Positions 58,855 to 64,000 of a stretch of 64,000 nucleotides of DNA are shown here, piece by piece. Where the stretch lies: positions 256,001 through 320,000 of the forward strand of contig CAVXXK010000003.1 in assembly GCA_963765675.1 (NCBI GenBank), given 5' to 3'. A program made the position numbers and the translations under genes. Under the pieces are notes generated by a model. The model was not told where the DNA came from, made no database searches, and saw only the letters and a program-made list of their open reading frames with translations. Within the stretch, counting starts at the first letter, position 1. Each line of letters begins with the position of its first letter. Origin of the DNA: an uncultured delta proteobacterium. Lineage in GTDB: Bacteria; Desulfobacterota; Binatia; Binatales; Binataceae.

Positions 58855-59736
58855 TCATGCGCGGCCGAACGGTTTGCTGCGGCCGGGCGCGATCGGCTCG
58901 CCGCTGTCGCGCTCTTTCACGGCCTGCTTGAAGCCCGCCTCCTCGGAGCGCTGCTTGAACCATACACCTTCGGGACTGTGGCGCGTGATTCCGTCGAAGA
59001 TCGTCGCGAACATCTGCGTGTTCGCGAGTCCCATGTTCTCGAACGCCTGATTGATCATCAACTTCTGCATCATCAGTTGATTGCGCGGGATTCCCGCCAT
59101 CCGGTTTGCGAGTTCATCGACGCGCTGATCCAGTTGCGCCCGCGGAACCGATTCCAGACACAGGCCCAGCTTCGCGGCCTCGGGACCGAAAATCAGATCG
59201 CCGGTCAGAAGCATCCGCTTGGCTTTCTCCGCGCCGAGGCGGTAGAGCCACATCGCAGTGGTCGGGCATCCCCAAACTCGCGCAGGCGGATATCCGATCC
59301 GTGCCTCGTCGGCCATCACGACGATATCGCAGCACAGCGCGATATCGCTGCCGCCCGCGACGGCAGGGCCGTTGATTTTCGCGATTGTCGGCTTGTACGA
59401 GCGCCACAGGCTCATGAAGTCTTGCGTGTTCTGGTACATACCGTAGAAATCCGCCATCGGATCCCACGGCTGCGCCGCTTCGCCCGAACCGAGTTGCGAT
59501 CCGGCCTGAACGCCTGGGCGCTCGGCGTAGTCAACGAGATCGTAGCCAGCGCAAAAACCGGCGCCCGCGCCGGTGACGACGATCACGTGCACGTCGTTGT
59601 CGGCGTTGGCGTGGCGCACCGCGTCGGCGATCTCGCGCGGCATCGCGCCGTCGATCGCGTTCATCCGATGAGGCCGATTAAGCGTAATCGTTGCGATGCG
59701 ACCGTCGGCGCGATACAGAATCGATTTATAATCCAC
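58855..59736 (-). CDS. Enoyl-CoA hydratase/crotonase family protein
   Basis: ITLNRPHRMNA, FCAGYDL, KPTIAKINGPAVAGG. Confidence 0.92.
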   Translation of the reverse strand: MDYKSILYRADGRIATITLNRPHRMNAIDGAMPREIADAVRHANADNDVHVIVVTGAGAGFCAGYDLVDYAERPGVQAGSQLGSGEAAQPWDPMADFYGMYQNTQDFMSLWRSYKPTIAKINGPAVAGGSDIALCCDIVVMADEARIGYPPARVWGCPTTAMWLYRLGAEKAKRMLLTGDLIFGPEAAKLGLCLESVPRAQLDQRVDELANRMAGIPRNQLMMQKLMINQAFENMGLANTQMFATIFDGITRHSPEGVWFKQRSEEAGFKQAVKERDSGEPIAPGRSKPFGRA

Positions 59737-59923
59737 GCTGGTTCCTCCCGCGGACCGATCAGCGCAGATCATAGATAACGGCGCCGCCGCTATTCAACGC
59801 GGGAGATGAGAGGCGGAGTCCCGCGCCGGCACGCAATTGATGCCGGCGCGCGTTCGAACCGCTCATATCGGAACCGGAGTTGGAGCTTCCACTCGAGGCG
59901 GTAATTTCGTCTTATCGAGGCGT

Positions 59924-60325
59924 TCAGTTTGGCGGGGCGAGTGGAATCATCACGGCGATCTTCCATCCCTTGTCCGTCCGAATCACGATATAGCTGACCC
60001 GCGCTCGCCGCAGGACGGATTCATCGCCGCGATAGCGCGTCACCTCGGCGAGAATCATCGCCTGATCGTCACCGAGCGGCGAGACCTTCAGAAGATCAAC
60101 CGCCGAACGCGCCCATCCACGCGACTTCAGATCGATAAACGCCTGCGCACCGTATTGCTGAAGCTCCGGCTCGGTCGCATACGTGGTGATCTTCGCGCCG
60201 TGGATAAAAGAATAGCCCGGCGCGAAGGAGTCCGCATAGCTGTCGATATCCTCACGATTGAAGGCGTCGATATACGCGCGATAGAACGCTTTGACCTCGC
60301 CGATAATTTCATCTGCGGTTGGCAC
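59924..60325 (-). CDS. NTF2/SnoaL-like protein
   Basis: FYRAYIDAFNRED...GWKIAV. Confidence 0.72.
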   Translation of the reverse strand: MPTADEIIGEVKAFYRAYIDAFNREDIDSYADSFAPGYSFIHGAKITTYATEPELQQYGAQAFIDLKSRGWARSAVDLLKVSPLGDDQAMILAEVTRYRGDESVLRRARVSYIVIRTDKGWKIAVMIPLAPPN

Positions 60326-60334
60326 GGTGATGCG

Positions 60335-61426
60335 TCAGGCCTTGAATCCGAGTGGCGCGAGAATTCGCGCTGCCGCGGCAGCCAGCGCCGGCGAGCCTCG
60401 GCCCATCACCGCGAAGCGCGGGTCGGTGGTTTGTCCCCGGACATAGCGGACGTAAATCTGCTCGCCGACGGTCGCACTCTTCCAATGCGCCCACGCCCAA
60501 TAAAATGGAAGATCGCTTAAGTCGCGACCGGTCCTCCGCGCGTAGCGATTTGCCAGTTCCTCGCGCCCCAGGAATCCGCGCTTCAATGTGTGCGGCTCAA
60601 TCTCCGCGATCGCGAGTAGCTCGGCGTCCGAGCGCTCGCGCCAGTAGCCGAGTGCGATTCCGAGATCGATCATCGGATCACCCAGCGTCGACATCTCCCA
60701 ATCGAAAACCGCAACGACGTTGCCCGGCGCATGCGCGTCGAGCATCAGGTTGTGCAGATAGAAATCATTGTGCAGCAGCGTCGGCGGCTGCGCGCGCGGC
60801 ATGTGATCGAGGAACCATGCGCCGAGCCTCTCCATCAGCGGCACTTCTCGGGTCTTCGCCGCTTCCCACCGCTTCATCCATCCGACGATCTGGCGTTTCA
60901 GAAATCCTTCGGGCCTGCCCAAGTCCTGAAGTCCAATCGCCGCATAGTCGACGCCATGCAGATCGGCCAATGTGTCGATAAAGCCCTCGGAGATTTTGCG
61001 GAATGTCTCGGGGTCGTCGCCAAGCTCGGCAGGAACCGGCTGCCGATTCTTGAACACGATTCCGCGCCTGCGCTCCATCACGAAAAACGGCGCGCCGATA
61101 ATCGATGCGTCGTCGCAGAACAGCCATGCGCGCGGCGCCGGCGCGAACGCCTGCCACAGCCGCGATAGCACGCGAAACTCGCGCGCCATGTCGTGTCCGC
61201 CGACCGGCAGCGGACCGAATGGAGGACGCCGCACGACCCACTGATGCTCGCCGAATTCGAGCAGGTAGGTCAGATTCGACGAGCCGCCGCGAAACTGCAT
61301 CACTCGCATCGGAGCGTCCGCGCCCGGAATTCGTCCGCGCAGGTACGCGGCAAGAGCATCCCAATCGAGTTGCTCCTCGTCGCGAACCGCACCGTATTCG
61401 GCCGTCAGATCGGTCTGCTCCGCCAT
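60335..61426 (-). CDS. APH-family phosphotransferase (acyl-CoA dehydrogenase-associated type)
   Basis: QFRGGSSNLTY, RRPP, HDMAREF, LHNDFYLHN, DWEMSTLGDP. Confidence 0.9.
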   Translation of the reverse strand: MAEQTDLTAEYGAVRDEEQLDWDALAAYLRGRIPGADAPMRVMQFRGGSSNLTYLLEFGEHQWVVRRPPFGPLPVGGHDMAREFRVLSRLWQAFAPAPRAWLFCDDASIIGAPFFVMERRRGIVFKNRQPVPAELGDDPETFRKISEGFIDTLADLHGVDYAAIGLQDLGRPEGFLKRQIVGWMKRWEAAKTREVPLMERLGAWFLDHMPRAQPPTLLHNDFYLHNLMLDAHAPGNVVAVFDWEMSTLGDPMIDLGIALGYWRERSDAELLAIAEIEPHTLKRGFLGREELANRYARRTGRDLSDLPFYWAWAHWKSATVGEQIYVRYVRGQTTDPRFAVMGRGSPALAAAAARILAPLGFKA

Positions 61427-61485
61427 CGTGGCCCCAGTATGAATCGCCGCGCGTACGATTTTCCAGTGGCGTCTTTGAGGAGAGC

Positions 61486-61662
61486 AGAGCAGCACCCTCA
61501 CCCGCGCGTCACGATGCTTGCGAAAAAACCGCAAGCATCGCGCCGCGCCGCCCTCTCCCGGAGGGAGAGGGTATTTCAGATCGCGACGCGGGACGTATCG
61601 CGCGTGATAATTCCCTCCCCCTCCGGGAGAGGGTGCCGCGGAGCGGCGGGTGAGGTGCTGCT
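61486..61662. repeat. Inverted pair of REP-like elements (CCCTCACCC/GGGAGAGGG family)
   Basis: Units at 61486-61575 and 61611-61662. Confidence 0.75.
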
Positions 61663-61740
61663 CCGCGACTTTCGCTCTGGTAGTTGTGCAAAGCTCTCCC
61701 ACCGACGGGAACGGGCATTTCAGAGGTGCGTCGCCAAACG

Positions 61741-62456
61741 TCAGAATTTTTCTTTGAACGGGCGAACCTCGAGCTCTGTCGTCCACGCGCTTGGATGCTG
61801 ATGCGCCAGATGCCAGTAGGTCTCGGCGATCGCGGCGGGATCGAGCATGTCTTCGGGCTTGAAATTTGGAATCGTGCGGCCGGGAATGTCAATGACGCCG
61901 TCGACGTTGATCCACGCGACGTGAATTCCCTTGGGACCGAGATCGCGCGCCATCGATTGCGCAAGCCCGCGCATGGCAAATTTCGCCGGCCCGAAGGCCG
62001 CGGACTTTGCGCCTGCCTTCACGCCTGCGGTCGCTCCCGTGAACAGAATCACACCGCGGCCGCGCGCAAGCATCGCGGGCACAACCTCGCGCGAGGCGAG
62101 AAACGCGCCGTATGCGTTGACCCGCCAGGTCGTTTCATAATCCTCGGGCGAGACTTCGAGCACATTGCCCAATTTCCCCGATCCCGCGTTGTACAGCAGC
62201 ACGTCGGGATCGCCGAGCTGTTCGCGAATCAGCTTGAATGCGGCCTCGACCTGCGCACGATCGCCGATATCGGCGGGCAGCCTCGAGAATGGTCGCGCCC
62301 CGGCGCGCCAATCTCTGCTTTCAGCCTGCGCAGATAATCCGCACGGCGCGCGTTGATCGCGACCGCGTAGCCTTGCGCGAAGCGGCGCGCCAGCGCGGCG
62401 CCGAGACCGGGGCCGACGCCGGTGACGACCGCGACCGAACGATTATTCGCCTCCAT
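61741..62456 (-). CDS. SDR family oxidoreductase (frameshift at ~62290-62330)
   Basis: VTGVGPGLG in ORF 62229-62456; YNAG, TGATA, KFAMRGLAQSMARDLGPKGIHV in ORF 61741-62202. Confidence 0.85.
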
Positions 62457-62460
62457 GCTC

Positions 62461-62928
62461 CTACTTTACGTAGAGAAAAATTCCCTCGTAGATGAGCGCC
62501 GGCTTGTCGTTGCCGACCACGTGAATCACGCTCTCCTGCGTGACCTGGGTTCCCTGCGGACGCGGCTCGACGGAGATAATCCGGTTGCGCGCGTGGACCT
62601 TGGCGCCCGCCGGAACCGGCGAGATGAAGCGCAGCTTGTTCGCGCCGTAATTCACCACGTTGCGCTGGCCCACGACCGTCCATCCGGAATCGATCTGGAT
62701 TCCGGGCAGGAGGCTCAGAGTCAAAAAGCCGTGCGCGACCGGTCCGCCGAACGGGCTCTCACGCTTGCATCGCTCGATATCGATATGAATCCATTGATGG
62801 TCGCCGGTCACATCGGCGAACTCGTTGATCTTCTGCTGCGTGACCTCGATTGGTTTGCTCCACGGTCCGAACTCCGGGCTGATCTTCGCGCGCAGCTTTT
62901 CCACGTCGTCAAAGCGAATGCTCTCCAT
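62461..62928 (-). CDS. MaoC-family dehydratase
   Basis: FADVTGDHQWIHID, PFGGPVAHGFLTLS, NYGANKLRF. Confidence 0.92.
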   Translation of the reverse strand: MESIRFDDVEKLRAKISPEFGPWSKPIEVTQQKINEFADVTGDHQWIHIDIERCKRESPFGGPVAHGFLTLSLLPGIQIDSGWTVVGQRNVVNYGANKLRFISPVPAGAKVHARNRIISVEPRPQGTQVTQESVIHVVGNDKPALIYEGIFLYVK

Positions 62929-62962
62929 ACTTTCCTCCGAAGCTTTCCAGATTTTTTCGCGA

Positions 62963-63424
62963 TCAGCGATCGCGCGCACCGAGAAATTCGATCAGCGCGG
63001 CGTGCAGATTGTGCTTGGCGGTCTCGCCGCCGCCCAGCTTCACCAGCGCATAGCGCTCGTCGTCATCGAGGGTGCTCCACGCGGACTGGGTGATCGGCGC
63101 GCCGAGCGCTGCGGCGCGAGCAGCCAACTGTGAAGGAAGTTCCGCGGGCGGCCACGCGGATTGACGCGCGTCGTCGGACAGCTCGGTGGGACGGCTGCCC
63201 GCCCTGGCCAGCACAGTTTCGCCGATATACAGCCGCAGTGCCGCGATTTCGGCGGATGAATCCGCGGTGGCGTCGCAGATCTTGAGCCGCTCGGAGCGGG
63301 TCAGCTTGGCCCATTGCGCGCGCCCAATCTTTACTCCGGCCGCGTCGAGCTTGCGCCGCGCCGCCATCGGCAGGCAACTTAGGGTCTGGTAGATTTCCGC
63401 CTCGAACTGGAACTTACGATTCAT
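62963..63424 (-). CDS. Nitrate-reductase-associated protein family (NarM-like)
   Basis: FQFEAE...LSCLPMAARRKLDAAGVKI...W..L...ER and W..L...ERYALVKL...HNL..AL.EF. Confidence 0.72.
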   Translation of the reverse strand: MNRKFQFEAEIYQTLSCLPMAARRKLDAAGVKIGRAQWAKLTRSERLKICDATADSSAEIAALRLYIGETVLARAGSRPTELSDDARQSAWPPAELPSQLAARAAALGAPITQSAWSTLDDDERYALVKLGGGETAKHNLHAALIEFLGARDR

Positions 63425-63527
63425 GGCGCGCCTTGATCGAAGAGCGTAGCCTCGACCGTTTCATTCTGCAACTGGATGACGCGGCCGGGCCGGCGCATTC
63501 ACAAGCTTGATCTTTTTGGAGGGGGGT

Positions 63528-63688
63528 GGCGGCTGCGGTAGTGTCTGACCGCAGCCGCCGTACCGTTTGCTTAGCCCGGATTTGGCTTTAACTTGTTCGT
63601 AGTTAGGGGCTTGTCCGGGCACGGTGGCCCAAGTGGAAGCGCGCCGGAACGGGATCGCGCGAACCGAACCTGAGTCACACGGCAGAGG
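63528..63688 (-). ncRNA. Unassigned structured RNA candidate
   Basis: Nested stems with G-U pairs on the minus strand, a 12-bp 3' hairpin, and a TAAGGT -10-like box about 7 nt upstream. Confidence 0.4.
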
Positions 63689-63861
63689 ATGCAACCTTAT
63701 CGAAATCCGTCTGCAAGCCGCCGGGGAGGCGGCTCGCATCGCAGGGTTTCGCAGGGAATTGCCTCTACTCAAAGAGGCGTTCAAACCGGTGGAACGATCG
63801 CCGCAGTTTCCGCGGAACGATTCCAGACGGCCAACCGAGCGAGCGCATTGCGCATAGCGCG

Positions 63862-63908
63862 AAAAGAGCGGCGGCGGCCGCGACCTGGTTTGGTCGCGGC
63901 CGCCGCCG
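63862..63908 (-). terminator. Rho-independent terminator
   Basis: 17-bp perfect GC stem (63869-85/63892-908) followed by CTCTTTT on the minus strand. Confidence 0.75.
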
Positions 63909-63934
63909 GATTCAGATGATCAGGATAACCCGAG

Positions 63935-64000
63935 TTAGATTTCGTATGAAATGGTGAACTCGAGCAGATTTTCCCGCTGTGAGCGGCTCAACAGGAACGG
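63935..64000 (-). CDS. 3' end of a gene starting outside the window
   Basis: ...PFLLSRSQRENLLEFTISYEI* immediately before the terminator. Confidence 0.35.
   Translation of the reverse strand, partial: PFLLSRSQRENLLEFTISYEI

Noticed and set aside
61427-61786. N-terminal extension of the phosphotransferase ORF in the track
   Set aside because: It runs through REP palindromes; the real start is likely ATG 61426
63630-63720. glmS ribozyme-like words (GAGGATG...TTATCGAA) on the + strand
   Set aside because: The core pairings and GACGAGG are absent and there is no glmS downstream; G-U pairs favour a minus-strand RNA

Overview
High-GC bacterial chromosome window. Gene content and style suggest a Binatia/deltaproteobacterial soil organism, but this is a tentative inference. 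The left part is housekeeping: hppA, then tig-clpP-clpX-lon-hup and tRNA-Val(TAC). A ~12.8 kb integrative element (11905-24725) sits in the 3' half of tRNA-Val and is bounded by an exact 50-bp direct repeat. It resembles a phage satellite: tyrosine integrase, Zn-finger regulator, excisionase, DUF927/SF3-like helicase, a TopoVI-A/Spo11-like Toprim protein, and TerS plus TerL, but no recognisable portal or capsid. The most striking feature is the tightly coupled operon TerS-TerL-small Cys4 protein-four tandem single-domain RRM RNA-binding proteins. It is preceded by a predicted 73-nt three-way-junction RNA, and the element ends carry TGATCA arrays and arm-type repeats. Further right are a second degenerate att scar, vapBC, an aromatic/steroid-like catabolic cluster, an Sfp-type PPTase, PPi-PFK, argC, a FecR/beta-barrel/CHASE2 adenylate cyclase module, tRNA-Asp-rplM-rpsI, an RND pump, a RelE-like TA pair, lipid-metabolism genes and an unassigned structured ncRNA candidate. 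Several genes, including lon, carry single-base frameshifts, so some breaks are probably sequencing errors. All calls come from motif recognition by eye; no database searches were run.
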